Numbered from the whole stretch's first letter, positions 38,223 through 52,550 are shown. The stretch: 62,944 nt of DNA, filler included, from Choristocarpus tenellus KU-1152 (GCA_964200185.2; 10 parts of 10 records of this genome joined end to end with filler, not necessarily neighbours in it), one strand, 5' to 3'. Notes: generated by a model from the letters alone, not told the origin. Made by a program: numbers and translations.

Positions 38223-40234
38223 GTTATCCACAGTGATGAATGCACATAATATTGCTGTTATGGACAAGGGGAGGTGCATAGAACAGGGCACGCATGATAC
38301 TCTCATGAAGACCAAAGGCGTCTATTCGCAACTGGTGGCTCGACAGGTGCTCCTCCCCGACTGATGTATGGTCATTTCTCCCCGACTGCCTCTTGTCATT
38401 AATATTGTTGGTGTTGCTCAAATGCATTTCTAAGCTCTGTTTCATTGCTTAGTAGCAGTCCTGGGCTCAGTACGACGTTTTTGTAAACCATGGCGCTCGC
38501 ATGTGAAATGTTATTATTAAGTGTGCCACCCCCCTCTACACCATCACAACTTTACCTAAAACTTTTGAAATATCCTGTACACTAAAGGTGAAGGATTATA
38601 TTGATGGAGTATCTCTGGGGATGATGAAGCAGCAGGATCTTTCCGTTAGATAGTACCTCCTTTTTTTTAGTTAGATCAGAACAGTGCTGTACTAGTGCCC
38701 GTTGCTGGTTCGCCTCCTGCATGAGTAGAAGGTAAAGCGGAGGCTGAAGGGGATCAAGAGTGAGCCAAAGCAACCTGATATGAACCCCTATTACCCTCCC
38801 TACCTGTACAAATGGTGAAATGAAGTGGGGGGGGCGGGGTTGTCTTGTTATATGTACGCCATGCATTGTGCTGGCCTCATAATTGCACCACATCCTGCTA
38901 TGAAGGTCTATGAACGAACTTATTCGTAGCGATGTGTTTCCTACTTCAATGTGTGAAAAGTTACTCTGTGCCGGTACTTTTGGTAGTACCCACAAGCGGG
39001 ATGTGACTGGGAGGCCAGTATTTGTGTTTGTTTATTCTATGGCTTTGTACATAAAGTTTTTCTAGGGAGTGGCTGATTGACAAGCGCTTGTATTCATAGT
39101 AGGTTCTAAGAAAACATAGGTATTGCAGTGACCCTCGGTGATTCAATAGAGCCTTTTTACAGGTTGGTTTTTTAAGAGCTGTCGTTTGAAGAAAGGGTTG
39201 CATGAGGAAATATTGCTTCTGAAAATTTAATCTACCCACTAAACAGCCAAGGTGCGCTCTACAGCTATGAGCTGAGTGCTCCAAAAGTGTGTGCCACCAG
39301 GAAGTCAGAGGTGTCCTTACTACTCACCACCACCCCTGTCCCAGTTACTTCAACTCCTAGTTAATTGTATATTGATGCTGATTGTGAGGAGTCTTTTGAG
39401 TCTGTTACTTTGTTGTACAACACCAGAATTGTTCACTTTTGTAGAGAGTTTGAAGAAGCCACTGCTATAATACCATGCACTTTGACATCATGAGGCATGG
39501 GGGATGCTTGACCTACTTACCATCATGGACAATACTATCCTGGTACGTTGGCATGTGGAAATGCCCTATTGTATTGTCAAGGGGATATGCAAGCAATGGG
39601 ATAAGGAGATTGTTGGAATTCACCAATGAGATTGACATTCCCTTACAAATATGAGAGCTTTCACCTTATTTGGAACTCATGATGATGCCCTTTTCTCCTC
39701 CTCCTCCTCCTCCTCCTCCCTATCCTTATCCTGTGACCCAAAAGTTTTGGTATCCATATCTTTGTCCCATCCATTTTGGTATTGTATAAGGTCAGTTATT
39801 GAACTTTTGGTGGAGGTAGTTTGCTGTGTTCACGTGTCTTTTGGTAAAATAGGTAGGGCTTTCTTCTTATAATTTGCAAGACCTGAGATGATTGTGTGCC
39901 AAATGTGATGTCTTTACGGCCCTTGCTAATTTTTTGTCTGTTCTACTAGTTTTACATGTTTGTTCTCCCCTGCTGTCACAGTGTACCACACCTCAATGCA
40001 TCCCTCTAAACATTCTCATTTGTTTTGTTCTTTGATCAATCCATACCAATTACTACTCCATACCTCCCACACAACATACTACGGCACCCACCCACCCCCT
40101 TGTTAAAACAGGTGGCAAGACAGGCCAACACCCTTGAACAAGATCAAAGTGGGAAGAAGGCCAAGGCCGGCCCTGTTGATATTGACACTCTACTTGAAGA
40201 ACTTGCTGAGAAGGTTGAGGATAAGGAGAGCTGA
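38223..40234 (+). CDS. ABC transporter (ABCB family), last two exons
   Basis: 38223-38346 encodes (R)LSTVMNAHNIAVMDKGRCIEQGTHDTLMKTKGVYSQLVARQ, the region after the H-loop of an ABCB nucleotide-binding domain. 40112-40234 encodes VARQANTLEQ...KES*. Confidence 0.85.
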
Positions 40235-41566
40235 GTAGACTCGTAACTATTCCCTACCTGTGGTTTTATGGAGAGGAAATAATTTGAGGATAAGGATGGG
40301 CTGGCTTATCTTATTTTTCAGAGATTATTTGGGTTTCGCAGTCTGTTTGATGTCACTGTGCTCGTGGAGGTAGATACATGGGGGTAATGATGAGAGGATG
40401 GGCTGGGTGAGACGTGTTTTGTAATATGTGTTGCACTCTGGGTAGGAAATGAGTATTGTAAACCCTTGCATTTGCAAGCAAACACTTGTTAGGAAAGTTA
40501 CTGCAGGAGGATAGAATGCATTGATGGTGAGAAAAAATTACAACTACACTGACGTTTGGACAGGTACACTGACTTGCAAGGGGTTTTGATGTGCACTATA
40601 ATACTATACCTTCCTTTGTTCCATTGACACATCTTTGACTGGTGGAATGAGTGGGGTTTTGCAAATGATTTTTGTTTGACCATCCTTTCCTTTGTTGTGG
40701 TGGGCTGGGGGTCCCAGAGGTGAGAAACAGGAGACAGATATTATTTGGTGCATCATCCTCCTTGCAGCAGTATATGTATGCTCCATAGTACTTCATTTTG
40801 ATGTTTGAGTATGTCTATGCCCAAACGTACAGCAGCCACGCCTTGGGCGCTGGGAGATTTAGTTATTGTTTGTTCTTTCAACCAACAGAAGGGCGAAACT
40901 TAAATACTTCCAAATAAGGTGTTTGTTTGGGTGTTTATTTTGCACATTGCAATGATGACAAACTGATAGGCGTTGGTTTTTACTGGCCCTCCATGCAGAC
41001 ACCAGAACAGCTGAACAAGAAGATGTCGAAGATTCAGTGCATTCATTTAAACGGAAAATTATTTGAGTGAGGTCAATAGAGTCAAACGCTAAGCGAAACG
41101 AGATGAATACACATCATAAATGTTCATTACTCATCCATTACTCAATTTTAAACTACTCAAGAGTATATAATGCTGTACGGTGATAGCGAAAGTTTGGTGC
41201 GTGTATATTATGAAGAAGTGCACAACCTGGCCTGTGCTTTGTCATACGGTCCAGATGAATTGTGTCGATGTACTGAGGTACGTTATTAGAAAGGGGGTAC
41301 TGGTTATGATGACAATCAACTGCAGATTTGATTTCTGTGGCATTTCAAGGTGGAATGAATGGGATTCACGTAATTAGAGTTTTAGTGTGTAGTAGAAAAA
41401 CCAAGAGTCTAAGGTATATTCATTCTTGTATTTGTTGCTTTTTAAGCCTAACATAGCTTGCATTGTAACATAAAGAGTATAAACAAACTGCTACATTAAG
41501 TTCTTTCGGGTGAAGTGCAGGGTAATGTCTTGCCTCATTTGTGTCATTATCGTAAGATTTTTTTAG

Positions 41567-41803
41567 TCAATGTTTGACGTACGACTAGATCTAAGTACTC
41601 CGTGGATTCAGTTCCAATCGTTTTAACTATTTACTTACACATGCCTTGTTTAATATATGCCCACCACTGAATTTTTTTTAGACCTATCAATGTTTGATGT
41701 ACGACTAGGTCTAAGTACTCCGTGGAGTCAGTCCCAATCGTTTAACTATTTCCTTACACATGCCTTGGGTAAAATATGCCCACCACTGAATATTTGGTAG
41801 ACC
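41567..41803. repeat. Tandem duplication, ~120-bp unit
   Basis: tcaatgtttga(c/t)gtacgactag(a/g)tctaagtactccgtgga...tatgcccaccactgaat occurs twice (from 41567 and 41687). Confidence 0.92.
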
Positions 41804-44800
41804 TCCCTGCTACAACGGTAACACGTAAATAATGACCTTCAATTTGTCACTCGTGAGGCTACAGTAAGTAGTTAGTGGCAGAGGTGGGAAACACCAAGAC
41901 AAAAACTTTCTAGAAAGAAGATTGGGTATTGTATAATACTACCCCTCCTTGTGTGTAGTGGCCGTGTTGGAGAGTGCTCTCGTGACATGGGATGCTACCA
42001 CGTGCTACTTGTTTTTTAAAATATACTTACGCGTTGGTGGAGTTGATTGGTGCATGGTTTGGTGCTGAAGTGATCGAATGAGAAGAGGGAGTGGAGAGAT
42101 CAGCTCCTTCCAAGTCGGGTTTGAGCGTTTATTTCACACTTCATTTGCATCGCTCTTGGCCTGTACTGCACCGAATTCCTTCTTGTTCTTGTGGGCTAAT
42201 TATGGGCATTAATAATGAAATAATAACAAAAATAATCATAGAAATAATATAGTATGTAGTGTAATATTTGAAAATAGTAGTAGGTGTAAGCGCAACAAGG
42301 TGTGTCTGTGTATACTGTACCAGTAGGGAGCATTGTTTGGCATGGAGTATTTGCTACCCTTGGAAATCTCCTCGGAATTCATTTGACCCCTGAGTTGGTT
42401 CTCTTACGATTTACTTCCAAAGAGTGTTTGAAAAACGGACGAATGCATTACGTAGGGTGTGAGGTGTTGTTGAAGCCAATGAAAGTATTTTTTGGTGCCC
42501 AGGCCATCAAGAATGATGTGCAGAAGTGTAGGGTTTAGCTAAGATTGCGTTCCTGTCTGTTTGAGTGTCATCCCTTGTGATGAACGTTGCCCTACAACAG
42601 ATTTTTCTCGACCTTATTTGGAAAGGTTGCACTTAGTTCCATTATTGCTTAGGAGGGATATTATTCAAGCCCATGGGGGATCTCTGGGTGTGAGAATCAT
42701 GTGCCGAAGTGGAGGACGCTGCTGCTCCTACTAATTTATCATTGTATCCTGAAGAACACCAAGTTAGCATTTAGAGGGCTCCACCAGTAAACCAACCAAA
42801 TGTTTTGGAGTCACTCCCATTTTTTCTCTTGTCAATCAATTGCCTTGAATGCCTTTTGAAAGAACATAATGTAAGCTTAGAGGGTGCTTACACATTATTG
42901 TGTTGCGCCACTTCCTTCATTTTAAGGTTTGATTTTTGCGAATCGCTTTACTCTTTTGGGGGGGAGCAATCATACTCTTCATCTTTAGCAATCGCTCCTT
43001 TCCCCCTTAACGGGAGAGACTAATTGATTCAGTTAGGAAGTAGGTATATGCGAACTCGGCACCATTCCATCACTCCAACCTAAGGACGTTTCTTGATTGA
43101 TTGGCAGTGATGTTATTGGTACCACTGACAAGGCGCGAAAACAGTCCAACTGTTTCGCACCAGAAAGCTCCTACATGATCTCGGTTTGTGTTAAAAAAAA
43201 ATGCTGCCCATAACACGCTATATCCATAATCTATTTGTTTGGTATCTCACTTCCTCTCATGTGGTGTAATGAGTGCCGTTGTGACTCTGTCCACAGACTG
43301 GTAAAGAGGTTTACCAGCATCATTAATTCCGTGCGCTCGAACCAGTAGTAAGTGTTGTGTTCAGTGGACGCCCACTCACTCATCACATACTACCTGGAAA
43401 ACTTACGGCTTTCGCGTGGTAAGAAAACGGAGATCAATAGAACCGTTGTAACGCTATAAACTTACCCTCAACCAGTACAACCAATTCCATATTTATTACT
43501 TGTCAACAGTTTTATTCTTGTCCTACCAGTCCGTAAAACAAAATCGAAACCCGACTTTAAACACTGGTTTAATTCCATCCAGGATTTTGGTTGATCTTCC
43601 GACATTGGAGTTGGTCCTATTTCCCTTGCTGCACCTCTTTTGATGTGTAGGACAGATCATGGAGGAGGTTTCCAGGATTAGGGTTAGGGTTAGCCACTTT
43701 CATATTTTGTTCGATTCATCGGAAAACAAAGTAACTCCGAGATGGGAATTTCTCGCCGCTCCCCCATACATATCAGACTTTGCTTACCCGATATCTACGT
43801 AGCAAGCACTTGGAATCATATACGTCTGTCCTGCACTCATTAAAACCGCTTCATTGTCCGATAGTACTGATATGGAAAAGATGTATATTAGTGTTGTAGT
43901 AAGATGGTATGTCAAGGGGCTGATAAGGGAACAGAGGTTGTGAACGATAATACTATAGAACTCTACACAATTTGGAAAACATCGAAGTATGTGCAATATG
44001 TTAAACACTGTCTCTAAGGATAATAATTAAACTTCGAGGTTGAGGGCATGAACGTTGACGCTATATGTACACATGCACATGGTCGGTCAATATTTTAGGA
44101 TGAAAGAGTATCGAATTGTAATTTCTTGTCAAGCATGTCCTAGAAACAGTGGATTCGCAAAATTGAGGATGGAGCGGGACTATGAGAGTTAATTTGCGAA
44201 AACGGTATTAAAAAAGTACCGAAAGGTTTTTTAGAAGGNNNNNNNNNNNNNNNNNNNNNNNNNNNNNNNNNNNNNNNNNNNNTTAATTAATTAANNNNNN
44301 NNNNNNNNNNNNNNNNNNNNNNNNNNNNNNNNNNNNNNCTGATGGCACATCACTACCCATTGTGGGGTATGGCAAGATTGATTTGAATTTGATTGTTGGT
44401 CACGATGAGTGGGTGCATGTTACTTTGGTGTCTGTCGCATTTGTCCTGAAAATAGCTTTCGATCTTCTCTCTTCATACTCTGCTGGAATGGCTAATGAAT
44501 TGACCATCAAAGGAATTGGTGGTGAGTATCATATATCTGATAGGGGGGTCTTCCACTTCTCTTTAAGTTGGATGGATCCATGTATACGGCTAACGTCAAA
44601 GACTCCCACTCCCAAAAGGTACACTTTTTGTTGCAAACGTCTCTTCAAAACCTGTGCTCATCAACGTTTCCATCGTATCCTGAACCACGCTGGTGAGAAA
44701 ATTCCTTGTCAAACAGCTAGAGAACAGGACATCCAGGTGTCTGGAAATCTAACGCCAATGCAGTGTACATATAGGGTGCACCAAGGGAATCAGGATCAAA

Positions 44801-46056
44801 GATCCTGTCCCCAAGTCCACCGCTGTATGAGGACCCTTCACCTGCATCATCATTGACCTCGTGGGACCCAAGAAAGTCAGATCCCTTGGTGGGACTGAGT
44901 GTTGATGATGCAACTCGCTTCATCTGGATATGATTCCTCCACAAGGATTTGCCAGTACAAGGTTTTAGACAGCATGTGAAGTTTTTAATGAACATGTAAG
45001 GTAACATATGCATTATGTATTTTTTTGCTAATGATTAGTTGTTTGAGAGTTAATACTTTTCTTCAGCAAGGGGAGGATGTCGAATAACCTAGTGTTATCC
45101 TTACTTGTGGGTGCTGATATAATTATATAATATTGGTTTCATATACGTTCATCTTTGGTCGGTACAAAGTTATAACGTGCAAAAGCGGTGGTATGAGCAG
45201 CTGTATATAATAAGTGAGCATTCACTCATACATCGGTGATATTGAACACCTGGCGGGCAATTAATATCAGTGTGTGTTCACTACGTAACTCAACCAGCAG
45301 CTTTGGGCGACGAGCTTTACATGTGCCAAGCTCTTCAGCAGATGGATTCTCATTCCAATCCCCGTTGAAACGTGAAGAGAATATTCCGTACAATATATGT
45401 TTTGATAACCTTGACCATTCTTCAAGTTCAGCACATCGGTGGGCATATCTCTGGGTGCAACAATAGTAATATAGTGAGACAAGTACTCCTATAAATACCT
45501 GGGAGACAAAATTTTGTAACTATGCCACTTTAGTAATCGGTCTGTGTCCGAGTCACCAAAAAGATTATCAGAAAGGGATCGATTTTTTTATTCGTCGGAT
45601 GCACATAAGAAATAAGTGGACAGCAAATATCGCTTCCGTAGGTAGACTCTATGTGTCCCACTGCCCTCGTTGCTACTCAAAATGTTATTATTTTTCTTCG
45701 CACCTTTTTTAAGGTAAAAATGGCGAAGAGATGGTCAATCAGATATACACTTCGAACATGCTGGCTGCTTTTCCTGCAGATTCACCCTTGGCAGTATCTT
45801 TGGGAGAACGTGACAACAACGAGAAGCACTGCTCTTTTGGGCAAAGAACAATGTAGCATTTGCAGGCTACACTTCAAATCCCCAATTTTCGATCCTGGTC
45901 AACGTTTCTCTAGTATTTGGTGAAAAGAAGGCCAGGTGGGTGTGGCTTGGATTAGATGGGCTTTTTCTTCTGTGGCTACCCTTGACCAAATGTTTGGATG
46001 TGCCTAGTACTTTTACCCCAATACAGTTCTATAGCTCTTGTGAATATCGTTTCATA

Positions 46057-46317
46057 GAGCCAAAGTATCATAGAGGGTAGAGCCGTGTCCATTTAAGGGC
46101 CAAATTCCAACATTGCAAATTCAATGTAATCTTGGCTATCGTATTTGTTCGGAAGTATCAATATCCTTGTTCCGGTCACACCTTTTCATAACGCATACAT
46201 TGTACCTACTCCGAAAAAATTTGGAGTAAGAAAATGTCATTAAAAAAAAAACATGGGAAGACAAGCCTCAAACGGACAAACAGAGCAAAACTAGTACCCT
46301 CTAAGATACTTTCACTC
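46057..46317 (-). mobile_element. MITE family B copy (reverse orientation)
   Basis: gagccaaagtatcatagagggtag ... taccctctaagatactttcactc; flanks ata/ata. Confidence 0.85.
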
Positions 46318-46835
46318 ATATTGCGTTTTCTGTGCTACCACCCACATATTCTTATAGACCTCGGCAACCATTTCACTGGAAAGTAGTTAGAAAGGGTGAG
46401 TCTTAGTATACTTAAGACAACGGGAAAATATCCCTCCTGTGAAAACCTAGGAGGAGTATGTAGTGTCATGTACCTGCGTTGGATCCTGTACACCCAACTG
46501 CCCTTCTTCAGCTGCCTTGACAAAAAGTAATAGTCACGATGTAAGTAGATGATTTCAGCAGCAAGACAGGAAGAACAGTCGCCAAAGGATTCAATTTGAT
46601 TGTTGGGTCAGAGAAGTGCATAAGGATAACGAAAATTGTCTTAACATCGAGATCGGGCCATGCATCACACTCATAAATCATCTCCCTTTCCAATGCATAA
46701 CTGTGAAGTGGAAGGTGGGTTGTGTTGACAAGTTAAATATGTAGAGAGGGACAGAAACATCATACTCAATTGATAGAGGACTAGGTGCACCTTAACCTTC
46801 GCCCAAGACTTGCATCAAGAGGTGCACAAAGTATC

Positions 46836-48893
46836 TCAATTTTGTCCCTTCTTCATTTCTTGAGCATGGTACTTTCTGATCATGCGTGCCATTGCCCGTG
46901 CAGTGCCATGTGATGCTTTCAACACCCGCCATTCACATCCAGATGCAATGTCCAACGGTGTTTTGTTTAGTATATCTCTTGCACCCTGATTGCAGCCGAA
47001 CTCAAGGAGTAGAGCCACAATGTCCGGCTTGCTGTTCGTGCACATTCATCCGCCAAAGATAAGGATACACACATGTGATGTTGCGGTAAACACATGCATA
47101 GAGTTCAATTGGTTAGATCAGATTGTAGCTCTTCATCTCCAGCACTGAAATAATTTTGAACTTTACGCTCTCATTATATGGCTGGTTTATTCAATGTGAG
47201 TCAAACCAACTGAGAGGTAGACAGGGTTTCATTTTGAGGATCCCGAGAAAAGGCAAAAGATATCCTTCTGTACAATTGAAGAAAGATTCTCTGCTGAATT
47301 ATGGTATCACCTTGAGTGTTGAAAGGGAGCACAGAGCAATGAAATAGATAGAGTGTATTGTATGGGGTAAGAAAGATGGCCTAGATTGCAAGAGGGTCCA
47401 AATGTGCCTACTTATCCAATGATTGACTCTGTGTAATGAGAGTTGATGTAGAGCTAGATAGATTTAGCAGTTAAATATTGTGAGTATACTCTAGTGGTGC
47501 TCTTTGTAATATCTAGCCATATACATGCTTTAAAGCAATCATTATTCAATGATGTGCACTGCTAGCATGCAAGTGGTTTATGTCTCTCAGTGGGAGACTC
47601 AGAGCACTATCTCAAGAGATATGGTAATGTCCTCTGGAGTGTATGTCAGTGTAGTTTGGTTGCATTATTCTGAGGAAGGTTTAATTGTTTGATATACCAG
47701 AACAAATGTACATCTTGTACGTACCCTTTCCCAGACACATGAAGCCAACCAGTACAATAGAAGGAGGAATCAGTAATAATCCTTGGCTAGAGACACATAT
47801 CCCTACCTGTTAAAATAATAATATGACAAAGAGGTGTATTGTCCAAGAGACAAGATTTTGCATTTCATTGATATTTATTTATATTTCATTTAGATGTTTA
47901 TATTCTATTCAGACGCCAATAGGTCACATGAAGTGTAACCTCTAGTGTTGTGGATATACTATACTTCATGTACAGCATATACGTGAGGAATGCAATCCGT
48001 AACAGTGCCCTACCCCCAAATTAAAAAACATCACATATTTTCACACTAAAGCAACAATTTTGGCTTCTTGTGGGCCACGAAGAGTGAAAGATTTTTGTAA
48101 CAATGCGAAGTCAAGTTTTAGTGATACTATAGGAGAGGAAGGTCATCGCTTCTTGAGTTTCCACTGTCACGAGGTTAGCAAATACTTATCTTTTGTATTG
48201 TATGTTTTTCGCGCAGATTAGAGTTATACTCTTACCTGCAGTATACTGCCCAGTGCAACGGGGTCATATCGTAGCCATCTCGAGCCTGTAGGTTATTGTG
48301 GAATGGGGATAAACATTGTAATTTGCAATCAAGGGAACATTGGGGTGATTGACACCGATATCTTCCCGCGATCTATTTTATAAATACTTCGTTATTACCT
48401 CAGAAGTATTTGTGTACACATGGGGGTGGTCCATTTCAGCTCTGATCAAACTTGACAGAAAACTCCTCGAAAACAGTGGTTTAAGAGTGCATACATACGT
48501 GAAACATTGCCGAGGAGTATTTTCTCAACTCTTGTCATAACTTCACACACCATACCTCCTTGTCTGCTCCACTCAGAAGTAAAAGTTTGGCGACCTCTAT
48601 TCTTCCCTGAGGATTGGAAGTTAGAAGGTGTTAGGGCTGACCGACCTGAAGCTACTGTTTTGGCTCGTCTATCATGAAGAAAAGCCTAGCTGGTTACAAT
48701 GAACCACCTCAGCAGTAACGTCTACCTATATCACAGCTACCTTTATCGTCGCCCAGTGAAGAGGAGTTTGGCGCCAAGAGTTTCTAACTTCCAGATCTCC
48801 CTTATCATTGATGTAGGCCTGCACAACATTGTAGTCTCCGTTCTTGCACGCATGAAATACTTGTTGAACTGAGTTCATCCCTGGGACGGACAT
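46836..48893 (-). CDS. Small ankyrin-repeat protein (~149 aa), complete
   Basis: Exons 48893-48741, 48606-48556, 48285-48236 and 47031-46836, all in phase. Translation includes FHACKNGDYNVV...RQTPLHWATIKGRIEVAKLLLLSGADKEARDGYDMTPLHWAVYCSKPDIVALLLEFGCNQGARDILNKTPLDIA. Confidence 0.9.
47198..47429 (+). mobile_element. MITE family C copy in ankyrin-gene intron
   Basis: gagtcaaaccaactgagaggtag ... cctacttatccaatgattgactc; flanks tgt/tgt. Confidence 0.8.
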
Positions 48894-51242
48894 TGCATTG
48901 ATTTAAGGAATCACTTACTCTAAATTGACTTGGTTGAGAGAGGAGCGACCCAGGAAAGGCAGCTGAATACCAACCTGACACCACAGGAGCACTACAGGTA
49001 AGGTAGATCTAAGGCAGCATGGTGATGTAAACTATGGGAATGGTGTCGTTGTTAGTTTTTGTTCAAATAGAAGGTAGTTTCATCTATTGTATGGAAGGCG
49101 TGTCCAAATTTGCTGTTGATCAAAATGAAGTTGAAAGGGAAACAAAGAACAAACAGGAGATGAAGAGGAAAGGATGGAGGGTAAAGGAAGTCTAGGGCAC
49201 TACGATCTTCCGCCCCTTGACATCCCTCACGATAACAGAAATATGGGAGACCGTGGAGATCCTGAAGTTCTGCCTGCACCGCTGTTGACGGACAGTCGGA
49301 ACAATCAATACAGATACCTAAACTCAGGGATAGATCGTGGAAGGTGAGATGGTCTTGGCACAGTGTTGCATTATTATGAGAGCTTAAATTCATCAGGTGT
49401 GGGAACTAAGTCCATATGATGTCGAAGAAAGTTCGTACAAATCAGCCCGAGTTGGCCCCTTCGACCAAAGGTCAGCAAGTGCACGTTTTTCCTTGACAAC
49501 CATATCATCTATTTTTTGAGGAGTTGCAAGTGATCCGTATCTTCCTTTCCCGGTTCCGATGATGCCTTGGACGTGCATAAAGGTCTTGAACGTTCGATCA
49601 GACGTCAATGAGGTTGTAGGCGAGACTCCATTTGGTTTTAGTAGCATAAGCACATTTTGTGTGCAGGTTTTTTACACATGCGTCATGTTGCATTTCATTG
49701 TCGTGGATAGTTCTGGTCTTCCTCACACACATGGTACATGGTGTAGCTTTGGGTAACTCTCTAAGGTATAGGTAGTGCAGATAACTCCTGTTTTTGAGAC
49801 TTGTTCAGTGTTCCTTTCCAAAATGTCAATTGGATGCGAGTGCGTCTTGGACTTCTCGACTTGAATTGATGTTTGTAGTGATGTTGGTTGGTGTTGTTGA
49901 ACGGCCATGATGAAAGTAAGATGGTTTCTTTTGGAATTGCTGGAACAAAATAATGGCCTTTCAAAGACGCGACTGTACCTCCTACGCGCTCCTTCACCTT
50001 GACGTGCAGAATCGCAGTGCTTTACCTCCCGCTTTGTCTAGAAAGACTTTTACGTCGAGTGTAGAGAATGTGGATATAGGTTTAGATGACCCATCTTCCA
50101 ATCCACCCTACCAACTGTTTGTGGTTGTACCGTATGAGAAGGACGTCTCAGAAGTTATTCCACTCATTGAACTAAAATATGCAAGGGGCAAATGAGAAGG
50201 TCAATTTTACTTGGATAGAAAATGCCATGATTTTCTGGATTTCATTGATTTTCTGTCTCCGTGTTCAGTGGAAATTCCATGCACTGTTTTAAATCTCATA
50301 CGACTAGTAAATCTTTGTCTTGGTCTTTTTGAAGTAGTGCTTAAAGTCTGTGCACAAGGTCTCCAACCTTTTTTTTTCGAACAATTATTTTTGCACACAA
50401 AGCAGCCCACTCCAGCCTTCATTAGGTGCTTCTGTTATGATTGAATGTTGCTTGAGTATTCAACATAGATCTGCTGATACTAGAGTCCACCCACCTCTCT
50501 GTGCCAGTACAGTATGTCATGGTCACAGCATCATTGTACAGGCATATGAGACATTCTATTGTGCACTGGATAAAGTTGCATACGGACAGGTTGATGCCCA
50601 CCAGAGTCGAACTGATTCCTTTTGTTGGGCTATTCTTTGGGTCTAGTCATGTAACCTTTTCCCATTCTCCCAAAGTTCAAGTGGCTTTAATCTTGAATTG
50701 TTTGCCCAATGCACCTCCCACAACTGCTGAGGATACCATCATATCCTTTTTCGAGAGTTACAAGTGGTGCCTAGTGGGTTTTTTTTAATTTTTATCACTT
50801 GAGGCATTGAAGAATTTCACAAATGCACATGCTGTGTGTATATTTTAGCAGATATGGCACTGACTTCATCACTTTTTCCTCTGGAGTTACTTCATTGTCT
50901 TGTGTATGCGACAAGATGTAGAAGAATTGAAACTTGTACACAGAGTTGGAAGGAATCCAGTCCTCACTAGTTATCGGTCAACACACTTTTTTTTTTCTTC
51001 GTGTGAGGTATCAAGTCACATAACATCTTTAGCCCTAACCCTTGCTATGTCATTTCTCCATTTCACATAGAATAGAGGGCTTGGTTTAGATGCACAGCTC
51101 TGTAGCTAAATTAGTTTTAGAACTCCTGATATTAATAGCAGCATACGCCCCGATTGCCTTGTATCGAGCACATGGTGAATGAAATCCTAAAGGTGATCCT
51201 TGCTTTATGAAAATTGAGTTCGTTGTTGTTTTTGCCCATCTT

Positions 51243-51450
51243 TGGGTTAGGGTTAGGGTTAGGGTTAGTCCTCGTTGTTGTCCACATACTCGTGAGGAAA
51301 GGTTGGTAAAGACCTGGATCACTTACAGACCACTGGAAGCACAGAACCCAACGGGCACTTGCATTATCAACATTCAGGTTAGGGTTAGGGTTAGGGTTAG
51401 GTTTAGGGTTAACCCTAACCACGTTCAATACAATTGGTAAGGGTTAGGGT
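51243..51450 (+). repeat. Cluster of TTAGGG telomeric repeats running into contig end
   Basis: Tracts at 51243-51268, 51377-51410 (followed by inverted aaccctaacc) and 51437-51450. Confidence 0.85.
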
Positions 51451-51550
51451 NNNNNNNNNNNNNNNNNNNNNNNNNNNNNNNNNNNNNNNNNNNNTTAATT
51501 AATTAANNNNNNNNNNNNNNNNNNNNNNNNNNNNNNNNNNNNNNNNNNNN

Positions 51551-52550
51551 GTATCTGGTTTGGGGGGAGGAGATGGAGTTGTGGGGGGGGAGAGGAGGTT
51601 GCCAGCATTGGGAGGGGTCCCACCTCAGGGGAAGAGGCACAAGGTAATTGGTGAGGTTTTGAGTCCCACACCTGGAGGAGTAGAAGCAGGGGCAACGGGG
51701 GCAGGGCAAGGGGTAGGCGGGGCTGGGGGGGCTGGGGGGAGGGAAGAGCTTTTGGTTAAGGGGGGTTCTGGGGAGGAGGGAAAGGAGGGGCAGGGGGTGG
51801 GAGAGGCAGGGTCAGGGTTGGAAAATCTTCACCTCAACCACTACCTCTGGCAGGTAATGGGCTAAATTTTCATGTCCATTTTGTTTCCATCCGCAGGAAG
51901 TGTTGGTGTTGGGAGGCTTTTGGTGGAGGTGGAAGTGTTGGTGTGGGTACTAGTTATTTTCGGTGTTAGGGAAAAATTGAAAAAAGTTGGGAGAAATTGG
52001 TTTTGTACAAGCTCTTCCCGTTTGTATGCCCCCTCTACGAGCATGCTTTTCCCATGTGGTGCTTGAGAAGTTGAAGTAGTGGAAGAGGAGAATGAGAAAA
52101 AACTTCCTAGAGCAGAGTGATGCTCGCTCTTGGAGTATTATTCTACTTTTTGAATCCAGCTAAAATTGCACTTGGGACTTGAGATGAAGGAAGTGCTGGT
52201 TGGTTGGGTGAAGCACACTGTGCCGAAGTGTAGAGTGAATATTTTATATATTCTGTGTTTCACTCTCGTGTGACTTACTGTTTGCACTGATTCTCAAGCT
52301 TTTGCAAGCCTCACTGTTAAACCCCCTTTCTTCCCCCCCCCCCACTCTGTCCCTGTGTGCATGTATGCTGCTCTTGCTTCTGTTCCTACCACTGTGTAGC
52401 ACCAGCACCTACACCAGGGAGGTGTTGCACCACACCCTGTGCCCCTTGTGTCTCCAGGAAGCGGGCCACCAGCCAAGCGTTCCAGGTCCCCCGGGGATGA
52501 CGCTGCCCAAGGGAAGAGACCACGACATGGGTGATGTGATCATGCCCTAG
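51551..52550 (+). CDS. Probable last two exons of an unknown Gly-rich protein
   Basis: Gly/Glu-rich ORF ending LENLHLNHYLWQ|gtaatg at 51853. tctccag|52458-52550 gives EAGHQPSVPGPP...VIMP* in the same phase. Confidence 0.5.
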
